Shown: positions 28,287 to 37,245, numbered from the stretch's first letter. The stretch: DNA of 53,851 nucleotides from Candidatus Hydrothermarchaeota archaeon (GCA_964481825.1 CAYZUE010000002.1:1-53851); one strand, 5' to 3'. Made by a program: numbers and translations. The notes: generated by a model from the letters alone, not told the origin.

Positions 28287-28425
28287 TGTTAGTTGCTACG
28301 ATGGTATTGTCAAACTAAGGATTATTGGTGATTGCGGATATAATTGCTCTACAGTTGCCAGGGCTAAAACAGGTCTTGCTATAAAGACGATGTTACCAGA
28401 AATAAAAAAAGTTGAGTTTATTTAG
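28213..28425 (+). CDS. NifU C-terminal (Nfu)-like domain protein with atypical Cys spacing
   Basis: 70 aa. DLMAKGGDIEFV...GIVKLRIIGDCGYNCSTV...LPEIKKVEFI follows the Nfu-domain layout, but has CxxxC where CxxC is usual. Confidence 0.55.
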   Translation: MKNKVEIAIKDVRNDLMAKGGDIEFVSCYDGIVKLRIIGDCGYNCSTVARAKTGLAIKTMLPEIKKVEFI

Positions 28426-28523
28426 AATATTATTCTGAAGGAGATCTTACGAATCAATTATAGTACTTTAATTAACAAATCATCTTTTTTCGTAGTTATA
28501 TGAGACAAACACTGAGTTTTTAT

Positions 28524-29270
28524 TCAAAAATCCATTAAAGTTCGTTGATTTTCATTCTTCAAGAGGAACCTACATCTGTAGGATTTATATTCTAACCCTC
28601 GTTCAACAAGAAGATTATGGACCATACTTGATGCCCTAGGAGCACAAAGGATACCTCTAACCTTGACGTTCTGATTTTTTTTCTTCAAATCGTTAACATA
28701 CGATTCCAACTGGTAAACAGCTGAAATGCCTGCAGTCCCTCTCTTTAGTTCTATAATTACTGGAATGTTATTTTTATCCATCCCATAGAGGTCAATTGCT
28801 CCAGAATTAGTGCGTCTCTCCTTTCCTATTATACGTAAGCCATCTTCAATTACACTTGGATCTTTCTTTACCATCTCAACATAATCTGATTCCATACCTG
28901 TTAATTTTAGACTAACTTTATCCTTTAGTGCTGAATGAATTACCATCATTATATCTCTAAATCGTATCTGCATTTGTTCAGGCGGATTATTACGATAGCT
29001 GGATAGAACTAACTGTTTATTATCAAGAATAATGGAGGTTTTAGTACCCGGTGGCTGCCAGTTAATTGCATCACATCCTTTGCTCCGATGAACAAGCACT
29101 GCACCATCTTTTTTTACTATTACCAGCCTCTCCCCGTAATCAAGAAATGATTTAGCTCTACCATTAAATTTAACCTGACACTCCCCCAGAATTAGAAGAA
29201 GAGAGTTATGATTCCTTGAATCTGCAATTTTATAAGCTAAATCAGGATGTGGTGAAATCGTGTATTTCAT
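28524..29270 (-). CDS. nucS: endonuclease NucS (EndoMS)
   Basis: 248 aa. GAIDLYGMDKNNIPVIIELKRG (RecB-like nuclease core) and a C-terminal QRTLMDF PIP-box-like peptide. Confidence 0.85.
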   Translation of the reverse strand: MKYTISPHPDLAYKIADSRNHNSLLLILGECQVKFNGRAKSFLDYGERLVIVKKDGAVLVHRSKGCDAINWQPPGTKTSIILDNKQLVLSSYRNNPPEQMQIRFRDIMMVIHSALKDKVSLKLTGMESDYVEMVKKDPSVIEDGLRIIGKERRTNSGAIDLYGMDKNNIPVIIELKRGTAGISAVYQLESYVNDLKKKNQNVKVRGILCAPRASSMVHNLLVERGLEYKSYRCRFLLKNENQRTLMDF

Positions 29271-29319
29271 TTTGCAATATAATATTCAAGAATTTATTAA
29301 AAATTAAATTATTGATTTA

Positions 29320-29505
29320 TTATGTATCGCCTTTACTTTGAATTCTTTTTTTATATTTCCTTTCTCTTCTTGTAATCTTGATCCGTAGTAATATTTCCTC
29401 ATGACATGGAGCACAGTAATCTTTAAAACCAGTTATAATCTTTCCACATTCTACACATTTTTTCTCTTTTCCCTTTCTACCAACCATTTTAACTCCTTTA
29501 CTCAA
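29320..29505 (-). CDS. small basic zinc-ribbon protein, hypothetical
   Basis: 61 aa (or 55 from the internal MVGRK). CVEC...CAPC pairs followed by a K/R-rich tail. Confidence 0.4.
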   Translation of the reverse strand: MSKGVKMVGRKGKEKKCVECGKIITGFKDYCAPCHEEILLRIKITRRERKYKKRIQSKGDT

Positions 29506-29700
29506 GCCTAAAACAAAACTATCTAATCCATTTTGAATATCAGAAAGATAGTATTTACAGTAAACGTAAGTAACTAAAGAAGATTAACAAGTGATTGTAT
29601 TACATTGAAATTTTAAATACACCTACATAATTACTGAAATAAATTATTTTAATGCCATTTTAAATTTGCACTAAATTTAATTTGTAATTTGTTAAATATA

Positions 29701-29816
29701 TGGGGGTACTGGGACTTGAACCCAGGTCGGCAGGTTTTTCCCCCGCAAAAGAAATTTGGATTTCAAATGCGGAAAACGTCTGGAGCCTGCAATGATAGCC
29801 GCTACACTATACCCCC
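29701..29816 (-). tRNA. tRNA-Trp (anticodon CCA) with a 44-nt intron at the canonical 37/38 position
   Basis: Hand fold of the minus strand:
- acceptor GGGGGTA/TACCCCC;
- D arm GTGT-AGCGGCTA-TCAT;
- anticodon stem GCAGG/CCTGC with loop CT-CCA-G|A;
- T arm CTGGG-TTCAAGT-CCCAG;
- discriminator A; no encoded CCA.
Exon 1 is 29816-29780, the intron 29779-29736, exon 2 29735-29701. Confidence 0.85.
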
Positions 29817-29992
29817 ATTGTAATAAAATTTTTTGCTTAGTAACGGTTTATGAATTTTTCTTTAACTAGTTTTTGGATTATTACGTATGACACCTATAAG
29901 TTAATATGTTATTATTTAGAATGTTATTATTAAAAAAGAGTTCAATAAAAATTGATACTCATAGAGGATAATAAAAAAAAGCAGGTAATCTA

Positions 29993-30358
29993 ATGACAAT
30001 AGCCAGTGCGTATACTCTTGAAGATGTAGCTAAAATATTGGATGATGCATACTCTGCATTTATTGATAGAGAAGACAGATACTCTGAAATCATTGAAACT
30101 GCATTTAAACATCTCGAAGATGTTTCAAATAAGTATTCTGATGACTCCGAGATCAAAGAGTATCTTGTTAGATTTAGTAATTTTAATAAAAAAAGATCTG
30201 GGTTAAATAGAGACGATGAAAAGAAAGAGCTGAAAACTTTAATATCTGATCTAAAGCAAAAAATACATTGGAGAAAACTGGGGATGTCTTCAGGAACTAA
30301 TCTTCCATTTAAAGATTTCAGAAGCTTAAGGGGCTCTGGAGGGAATCGGAGTTTATGA
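29993..30358 (+). CDS. hypothetical helical protein
   Basis: 121 aa, charged/helical composition, no motif recognised. Overlaps the FEN-1 3' end by 6 nt (convergent). Confidence 0.35.
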   Translation: MTIASAYTLEDVAKILDDAYSAFIDREDRYSEIIETAFKHLEDVSNKYSDDSEIKEYLVRFSNFNKKRSGLNRDDEKKELKTLISDLKQKIHWRKLGMSSGTNLPFKDFRSLRGSGGNRSL

Positions 30359-31384
30359 GAACCAATTATCTAAGCTAGCCTGCGATTTTATTTCTTTATA
30401 AGCAAAACTAAATTTTTTAAGAGTATTATTAACCCTGTCAATAGAAAAGTCTCTTTCATAGCATAGGAACTCCCTAACTTCTTTAGTAGATGGTGGATTC
30501 CATTCTAGGATATAATCCTTAGTAGTATCATGATTTAAAAATAGTTCCTTTATATCATCGAGATTAAAATTCAGTACAAGGTCACACCTCTTAGAGGCAT
30601 CCGATATGGTCCCATATTTCTTAATTAATGAATACGCTCTTTTAGGACCAATGCCTTCAACCCCTTTTGGATTGTAATCTGTCCCTATTAAGATTGAGAT
30701 TTCTATAAGCTGTTCCAGATTAATCCCTAACTCTTTCAAAGTATCCTCTAAGTAAAGAATCTCCAAATTAACCGTTGTGTAAATGTTTTTTCGAGGAACT
30801 TTTCTCCTACCTGAAAAATTCAGGTTTCTTATGATTCTAGGTGCACCTAAAAGGACAGAATCGTAATCTTGTGAACCTACCGCCCACGCATCTCCCGATA
30901 TAACCATACTTGCTGCTTGTGCTTCACCTTCAGCAGGCGCCTGGACCCAGGGGATACCTAAGCACGTCAAAAGTTCTTTTGATTCACTTAGCATTTCCCT
31001 AGTGAATCGAGAAGATTGCATGGCATACTTTCTAGCTTCAGAAACTCGCCCTTCCTCACGGGCCTTAATCCATTTTTTACCCGCTAACTCTCTAATCTCC
31101 CTCCGTTTTCTAACCACCTTATTTTTAAGTGCAGGAGGTTTTCCATCAAAGACATAAATTGGTTGAATACCAGATTCCAAAAGACTGGCGTTTCTATAAA
31201 GGAGACCTGAAAGATGGCTAGTAACTCTCCCTTTTCTATCATGAAGAAGCTCACCTGTTGGTTGTCTTATGATTGAAAGAAATTGATAAAGTGAGTTCAT
31301 AGCATCAATTGCTATCCGCTTTCCATTCAAAGATTGAAGTTCAATAGATTTTGGAGAAATTATATCTGAAAGATTGACCCCCAT
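30353..31384 (-). CDS. fen: flap endonuclease 1 (FEN-1)
   Basis: 343 aa. MGVNLSDII...IAIDAMNSLYQFLSIIRQ N-domain, GEAQAA acidic site, and a C-terminal QASLDNWF PIP box. Confidence 0.9.
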   Translation of the reverse strand: MGVNLSDIISPKSIELQSLNGKRIAIDAMNSLYQFLSIIRQPTGELLHDRKGRVTSHLSGLLYRNASLLESGIQPIYVFDGKPPALKNKVVRKRREIRELAGKKWIKAREEGRVSEARKYAMQSSRFTREMLSESKELLTCLGIPWVQAPAEGEAQAASMVISGDAWAVGSQDYDSVLLGAPRIIRNLNFSGRRKVPRKNIYTTVNLEILYLEDTLKELGINLEQLIEISILIGTDYNPKGVEGIGPKRAYSLIKKYGTISDASKRCDLVLNFNLDDIKELFLNHDTTKDYILEWNPPSTKEVREFLCYERDFSIDRVNNTLKKFSFAYKEIKSQASLDNWFS

Positions 31385-31441
31385 GTATAACTAATATCTA
31401 ATCTCAAAAGTTTTATATATTTATCTGAAAGATTTTTAATC

Positions 31442-31963
31442 ATGCTAAGTATCGTGACTATCGTAACAGATGCCCTTTATTTCTTTATTCCTGCATATGT
31501 TGCAAATACCTGTGCATGTCTTCTAGGTGCAGGACGACCTTTGGACTTGAAAAATAGATTTTTAGACGGAAGGAGAATTTTAGGAGATGGAGTTACTATT
31601 AGAGGCTCAGCAGTTGGGATACTTAGTGGCGTTATTGCAGGTTTATTACTCAGTTATTTAGAAGATAATTCAGAAGCCTTCGAATTAATTGATAAAATTA
31701 CACTGCCTTTTTTACTTTCCTCTGGAGCGATAGCGGGGGATGCTGCTGGAAGTTTCATAAAACGACGATTAAACTTTGCTAGAGGCGCTCAAGCACTTAT
31801 TCTGGATCAATTAAACTTTGTAATTGGGGGGCTGTTATTTGCAAGTATCGTGTACACAATAAAAATTGATACCATACTTGTTCTACTCATTCTCACTCCA
31901 ATAGGACATAGGTTAGTAAACTTTACGGGATATCATCTTAAACTAAAGGACGTTCCTTGGTGA
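31442..31963 (+). CDS. carS: CDP-archaeol synthase (CarS, DUF46 family)
   Basis: 173 aa, about 5 TM helices. FIPAYVAN...GRPLD...DGRRILGDGVTIRG matches the CarS signature region. Confidence 0.7.
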   Translation: MLSIVTIVTDALYFFIPAYVANTCACLLGAGRPLDLKNRFLDGRRILGDGVTIRGSAVGILSGVIAGLLLSYLEDNSEAFELIDKITLPFLLSSGAIAGDAAGSFIKRRLNFARGAQALILDQLNFVIGGLLFASIVYTIKIDTILVLLILTPIGHRLVNFTGYHLKLKDVPW

Positions 31964-31967
31964 TTAA

Positions 31968-32483
31968 ATGAATTTAGATTTTAAAAATATGCTGAAAGAT
32001 AATGCAGTGGAATACGGAGATTTTATACTCTCATCTGGGAAAAAAAGTAAATTTTACATCGATATAAAAAAGGCATACACAAAACCAGAGGTTTTAAAAG
32101 AAATAACAAAAAAAATGGAAAAATTAATTATAAACAAAAAAATAGATAAAATAGCTGGAGTTGCAGTAGGAGCAGTACCGTTAGCAACATCTTTAAGTCT
32201 AAAGACAGGAATCCCATTCTTGATAATCCGAAAAGATGTAAAAAGACATGGGACAGAGGTTAAAATAGAAGGGAGATTAAAGGCTGGAGAAACCGTATTG
32301 ATTGTTGAGGATGTGACTACCACTGGTGAAACTGTTGTGAAAGCTGCTAATTTAATTAGAAAAGTGAATGCAATTTGTGATAAAGTAATAGTTGTTGTTG
32401 ACAGAGAAGAAGGTGCAGAGAAGAATCTTGCAGATAATAATCTTTCTCTCATGCGATTATCTACTTCAAGTGAATTGGTCTAA
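31968..32483 (+). CDS. pyrE: orotate phosphoribosyltransferase
   Basis: 171 aa. GDFILSSGKKSKFYIDIK and the PRPP motif VLIVEDVTTTGETV. Confidence 0.85.
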   Translation: MNLDFKNMLKDNAVEYGDFILSSGKKSKFYIDIKKAYTKPEVLKEITKKMEKLIINKKIDKIAGVAVGAVPLATSLSLKTGIPFLIIRKDVKRHGTEVKIEGRLKAGETVLIVEDVTTTGETVVKAANLIRKVNAICDKVIVVVDREEGAEKNLADNNLSLMRLSTSSELV

Positions 32484-32492
32484 GGTGATATA

Positions 32493-33362
32493 ATGGCTAA
32501 CATCCCTTCAACGGTGATGAAAGCTTTAGGGATATCTCTAGTTTTAATAGGTATTACGGGTGTTTTTGGTGGAATTTATGCCCTTATATTAGTTCATGAA
32601 TATGATATCGTGAATATTTCCCCTGACAATGTAACTAACTCGATAACAGGAATAAGACTGGAATTGGAAAAAAAAACACTTGAGATTGATAATGCCTTTG
32701 ATGATATTGGGTCTTCTATGGAGGATTCATCAAATTCAATTGGAAAAGTGGGAGGTAAGTTCTATGAATCCTCTTCAGATATTAAAACTGCATCAAATAA
32801 TATGTCTAATGCAGCAGAAAATTTACAGTTAGCCTCAGATTTAAATAAAGACGCAGCCATCTATTTAACTTCAGCAGCTGCCGGATTAAAAAGTTGGGCT
32901 AATAACTATGAGTCAAATGGATCCCCTCTCCCATCTAAATCAGACTTTATCAATTCAGTAGATAAGATAACTACTGCTGGAAACAAAATCACCGAAACTG
33001 GCGAAAAACTTAGTGAAACTTCAGAAAACATCAATGAAACCTCTCTTAGTCTAATGAGAACCTCCTCAGGATTCGATGAAACTTCCATTGAACTTACAAG
33101 CTTAGGAGAAAGCCTTAATGGAACAAAGAAAAACTTCGTGTCAATGAAAGTTCCAATTGGATTATTTATAACTAGTCTATCTATTGCAATGGAGGAATCA
33201 AGTGACACAATTAGAGCACTGGTAGGAATAACAAATAATTTAAAAACCGGAGCTTATCTATTAATAGGATACCTGATAATCTTCCATATAATTGTTCTAG
33301 GATTGGGAATAGCTTTGATAATCATAGATGTAAATCTTTTCTATTCAAGTAGGAGTGAGTAA
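32493..33362 (+). CDS. hypothetical membrane protein with a long Ser/Asn/Thr-rich helical ectodomain
   Basis: 289 aa. N-terminal TM, ~200-aa low-complexity helical region (…ETGEKLSETSENINETSLSLMRTSSGFDETSIELTSLGESL…) and C-terminal TM helices. Confidence 0.45.
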   Translation: MANIPSTVMKALGISLVLIGITGVFGGIYALILVHEYDIVNISPDNVTNSITGIRLELEKKTLEIDNAFDDIGSSMEDSSNSIGKVGGKFYESSSDIKTASNNMSNAAENLQLASDLNKDAAIYLTSAAAGLKSWANNYESNGSPLPSKSDFINSVDKITTAGNKITETGEKLSETSENINETSLSLMRTSSGFDETSIELTSLGESLNGTKKNFVSMKVPIGLFITSLSIAMEESSDTIRALVGITNNLKTGAYLLIGYLIIFHIIVLGLGIALIIIDVNLFYSSRSE

Positions 33363-34746
33363 TATGAAAATAGGAGTGTTATTGGTTAGTTATGGATCAA
33401 GAGCTGCCTGCATCGCAGACTCTCTAGTGAGAAGTGAAGAATACGAAGTGGATATTTATGATGCGGATATGCAAAGGAATCCCTTTATTTTATCACACTC
33501 GAAAGATATTACCGTCGGTATTGAAGTTGATAATATCTTAAAATTTGCAGAGAAACATAAAAGTAAATTAGATTTTGGTATAGTGGGTCCTGAAGGACCA
33601 ATAATAGCAGGGGTAAGAGATAGAATTGAAGATGAATTAGGAATACCTATGATATGTCCAACCAAAGAATTTGCAATTGAAGGAAGCAAAGTAGCTCAGA
33701 GAGAATTACTCAAAACCTGCGCTCCGGAAGCTAATCCGAGATATAAGGTATTCGACCCAAAGGATTACACCGATGAAGCTAGTGTAAAAAAAGATCTTTG
33801 GCCCTGGCTGGATGAACTTGACAATAAAGTAGCTGTAAAGCCCGATGAGCCTGCAGTTGGAAAGGGTGTTGGAGTCTGGGGGGACCATTTCAACACTAGA
33901 GAGGAGCTTTATTCACTTTTTAAGGCAAATTTTTCTGAAGGAGTGGTATTAGTTGAAGAGAAGATTGATGGTGAAGAATTTAGCTTACAGTGCTTTTCGG
34001 ATGGTAAATCTCTTATTGAAACTCCCTCAGTAAGAGATTATAAACGTGCGTTTGATGGAGATTTAGGACCAAACACAGGGGGTATGGGCTGTTATAAAGA
34101 TAATAATAAGTTACTTCCATTTATGTCAGAAAATGACTGGAAAACTGGACTAAAGATTGCCCGACGTCTCTTCAAGAAACTCAGAGGCGATGGAAGCAAT
34201 CCAGGATTAAGAGGAATTCCTTTATACATGGCTTATACCTGTGCAAAGGATGGCGTTAAATTATTCGAGGTAAATAGTCGTCCAGGAGACCCAGAAATTA
34301 TGAACTTATTACCTGTTTTAAAGGGAGACTTCGTTGAAACATGTTATGACATGATAGATGGTAACTTAAAAAGAATGGAGTTTGAAAATCTCGCAACGGT
34401 TATAACATACGCTGTTCCAATGACCTACGGGGAGTGTAGAGCACAATTTACAGGCAGTAAACATGTTGACTTAACTCCAAGCTATAATACTGCAAATAAA
34501 TACAATGATAAACTCCGTATATATCCAGGATCAATGGAGCTACGGGATGATGGAAAAACTTACATGTGCGATTCTAGGGCTGTAGGGTATGTCGGCATAG
34601 GCGAAAGCCTTGAAGAAGCACGAAAAATTTCTCTTGAAGGTATTACCTCATTAGATGGTGCATTATGGAATAGATGGGATATAGGTTCTAAACACCATGT
34701 GCAAATGAGCATTGACCATATGGCTGATATTAGGAGAACTGAATGA
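33355..34746 (+). CDS. purD: phosphoribosylamine-glycine ligase
   Basis: 463 aa. GPEGPIIAGVRD, VKPDEPAVGKGVGV and the ATP-grasp core EEKIDGEEFSLQ. Start may be the ATG at 33364 (MKIGVLL). Confidence 0.85.
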   Translation: MSNMKIGVLLVSYGSRAACIADSLVRSEEYEVDIYDADMQRNPFILSHSKDITVGIEVDNILKFAEKHKSKLDFGIVGPEGPIIAGVRDRIEDELGIPMICPTKEFAIEGSKVAQRELLKTCAPEANPRYKVFDPKDYTDEASVKKDLWPWLDELDNKVAVKPDEPAVGKGVGVWGDHFNTREELYSLFKANFSEGVVLVEEKIDGEEFSLQCFSDGKSLIETPSVRDYKRAFDGDLGPNTGGMGCYKDNNKLLPFMSENDWKTGLKIARRLFKKLRGDGSNPGLRGIPLYMAYTCAKDGVKLFEVNSRPGDPEIMNLLPVLKGDFVETCYDMIDGNLKRMEFENLATVITYAVPMTYGECRAQFTGSKHVDLTPSYNTANKYNDKLRIYPGSMELRDDGKTYMCDSRAVGYVGIGESLEEARKISLEGITSLDGALWNRWDIGSKHHVQMSIDHMADIRRTE

Positions 34747-35660
34747 ACCTTCTATCTATACTTGATATTCACCCAGAATTTAGTGAACTATTAAAAAGTG
34801 CCAGTAAATTAAAATCGGACCTAAAAAGTGGAAGATTACAAGAGATATTGAAAAACCAAAACCTTGCAATGATATTTGACAAGCCTTCAACAAGAACAAG
34901 AATATCTTTTGAAGTTGCTATGTCTCAACTTGGAGGACATGCAATCTACCTTGACCCTAGTAGCATGCATTTAAAAAGAGGTGAGAGTATTAAAGACACA
35001 GCTACTACTCTAAGTAAGTATGTAAACGCAGTAGTTATAAGGACTAGTAACCACAAAGTATTAGTTGATTTTGCTAAGTATTCAGAAGTGCCAGTTATAA
35101 ACGGATTAACTGATCTTGAACATCCCTGCCAAGCCTTATCTGATTTATTAACGATAAAGGAACATCATAAGAAATTTCCCAGATTAAAATTGGCATATAT
35201 TGGAGATGGAAACAATGTATGCAACTCACTCCTGTTAGGGGCGTCCATGGCGGGCTTAGAAATGTCTACTGCAACCCCAAAAGGATATGAACCAAAAAAA
35301 TCTATCTTAAAAAAAGCAGATGAAATTTCAGATAAGACTCGAAGTAGAATCCAAGTTCATAATGACCCTCTAGCAGCAGTTGAAGGAGCTGACATAATAT
35401 ATACTGATGTATGGGTAAGTATGGGTCATGAAAAAGAGCTTGATAACAGAATTAACGACTTTAAAAACTATCAAGTAAATACGAATCTAGTCAAACTAGC
35501 AAATAATCCTTTAATAATGCACTGCCTTCCTGCAAAACGCGGACAAGAGATAACTAGTGAGGTAATAGAAAGCAAGAATTCAATCGTATTTGAACAGGCT
35601 GAAAATAGACTGCACCTTCAGAAAGCATTATTATGTTATCTTTTATGTGGAGACCAGTAG
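34743..35660 (+). CDS. argF: ornithine carbamoyltransferase
   Basis: 305 aa. FDKPSTRTRISFE, HPCQ, DVWVSMG (OTC-type) and HCLP motifs. Confidence 0.85.
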   Translation: MNLLSILDIHPEFSELLKSASKLKSDLKSGRLQEILKNQNLAMIFDKPSTRTRISFEVAMSQLGGHAIYLDPSSMHLKRGESIKDTATTLSKYVNAVVIRTSNHKVLVDFAKYSEVPVINGLTDLEHPCQALSDLLTIKEHHKKFPRLKLAYIGDGNNVCNSLLLGASMAGLEMSTATPKGYEPKKSILKKADEISDKTRSRIQVHNDPLAAVEGADIIYTDVWVSMGHEKELDNRINDFKNYQVNTNLVKLANNPLIMHCLPAKRGQEITSEVIESKNSIVFEQAENRLHLQKALLCYLLCGDQ

Positions 35661-35802
35661 GAACTAACAATATGTTCCTCTAAACAGAGAAGGGAAAAAA
35701 ATATCATGGATAATAACCTATGCCCCAAAAAAAAACTATTGATATATTATAGAAATACAAGGATAGGTGGAAATAAAGATTAATGAGGGAAAGATTATTA
35801 AT

Positions 35803-36066
35803 TTAAAGTAGCCTGGTTATTTCCACTACTTCAGTACTTCCAACACTCGAAATATTCCTAATCTCAGATTCTATTTTATCTGCTCCACCTTCATCATCAT
35901 TAGTAATGAAAGAGGGAGAAACAGACACTAGACCAAATCCTATAGGTATTTTTTCCAAATCATTTAATTTGGCTGTCTTAATACCTTTAATATCTTCAAT
36001 TAAAGCATCAATTTCTGTATCAGCATCTTTAGGCATGACTTTAAATGTAATTAGAACCTCTGCCAT
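35803..36066 (-). CDS. ef1b: translation elongation factor aEF-1 beta
   Basis: 87 aa. MAEVLITFKVMPKDADTEIDAL... has the typical aEF-1beta start and size. Confidence 0.85.
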   Translation of the reverse strand: MAEVLITFKVMPKDADTEIDALIEDIKGIKTAKLNDLEKIPIGFGLVSVSPSFITNDDEGGADKIESEIRNISSVGSTEVVEITRLL

Positions 36067-36228
36067 TTAAGGTCCCTCGAATCCACAGTTACAAATATAT
36101 TTTTTACCGATATTCCTACATCTTGCACATCGACCCACTAACACCTCACATGAAGGGCAATGGAATTCAACTGATTCATCGCCTATTAACGAAAGAGCAC
36201 CGCAGGATATACATTTAGTTTTTGCCAT
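36067..36228 (-). CDS. small Zn-ribbon protein (4x CxxC-type pairs), conserved partner of aEF-1beta
   Basis: Not in the ORF track (53 aa). MAKTKCISCGALSLIGDESVEFHCPSCEVLVGRCARCRNIGKKYICNCGFEGP. Its TAA directly abuts the ef1b ATG (TAAATG). Confidence 0.6.
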   Translation of the reverse strand: MAKTKCISCGALSLIGDESVEFHCPSCEVLVGRCARCRNIGKKYICNCGFEGP

Positions 36229-36270
36229 TTTATCACCACAAAGAATACTTCGAATTATCCTAGAGGGTTT

Positions 36271-37245
36271 TTATACTTTTCCAAAGTCCATTAACATTTC
36301 CACCATTCCTAGGCATGGCAGATTGTCGTAACCATCGATAATACCTGAGAGGTTATGTGTATTAAGACCAACTTGTTCACATGCCCTTACACCTAGTTTT
36401 GCACCAATACCACACACATATGCGTTCTTAAAACTATACCCTTTAACTACTTCAGAAATTGCATTAGCCAAATCCTCTTGTTGTACTTGATAAATATATT
36501 CACATATTTTTAGTATATGTTCCTCCTTAATATCATTAAGACTAGCACAAAGATGGCGTGATATCCGTCTCATTGAATCTATTTTGGATTTACCCTTCCC
36601 ATCGGGAGTATCACAAGAATAATTTTCTAGCATCCCTAAAACATTATAAACATCCGCAGTAATAGCGAATAATTCTGTGGAAATTCTAATTAATGAACGT
36701 CTGTAAGGGACACTCTTGACAACTGAACTGAGGGGAGTTCTAAGAAAGCCAGTATACACTAATTGCCCATTAATTAGTCTCTCCAAATCTTTTTTTCCAA
36801 TTTTTATTTCTGTTCCAAAAGGAATTATATCACTGGTGGTACTTCCTACATCCAAAAGAATTCCTTTCGTATATTTTTTTTCAACATAATACTTACTAGC
36901 AATCCAGTTAGATGCTCCTAACTCTAAAGGGTCAGATATATCCTCCTTCTTAACAAACTCCCCATTGATGGTTAGATAAAGGGGATTATTGAAAGAATTC
37001 TCACAAGCATCGATAATATACATTATTCCTGAAATATTATCAAAAAAAGTATCACTTATCTCAGCAGTCATTGTAACACCCACAACATTTGCACTGGAAC
37101 TTTTTAATCTGAGAAATTCAAACAGTTCATCTTTTTTTTTCCAGATTGGAAAATAGAAAATATCACTTTTAAAGTACTGACTTTTAGAATCATAAATGAT
37201 TCTTTTAATATTTGCTCCACCTATATCAAAGGTTAATATCCTCAT
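36271..37245 (-). CDS. hydantoinase-A-like protein of the H4MPT/methanofuran-linked family (MfnF-like); tentative
   Basis: 324 aa. MRILTFDIGGANIK and LLDVGSTTSDIIPF are ASKHA/hydantoinase-type phosphate motifs. Size and layout fit the family I recall as TIGR03123. Confidence 0.55.
   Translation of the reverse strand: MRILTFDIGGANIKRIIYDSKSQYFKSDIFYFPIWKKKDELFEFLRLKSSSANVVGVTMTAEISDTFFDNISGIMYIIDACENSFNNPLYLTINGEFVKKEDISDPLELGASNWIASKYYVEKKYTKGILLDVGSTTSDIIPFGTEIKIGKKDLERLINGQLVYTGFLRTPLSSVVKSVPYRRSLIRISTELFAITADVYNVLGMLENYSCDTPDGKGKSKIDSMRRISRHLCASLNDIKEEHILKICEYIYQVQQEDLANAISEVVKGYSFKNAYVCGIGAKLGVRACEQVGLNTHNLSGIIDGYDNLPCLGMVEMLMDFGKV

Noticed and set aside
29736-29779. Possible box C/D guide RNA inside the tRNA-Trp intron.
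   Set aside because: No RUGAUGA or CUGA box on the tRNA strand, and 44 nt is too short for a double-guide C/D RNA.
29506-29992. tRNA-flanking AT-rich spacers plus small orphan ORFs, as a possible integrated-element remnant.
   Set aside because: I found no direct repeat of the tRNA 3' end (att-like) and no integrase or other mobile-element gene nearby.
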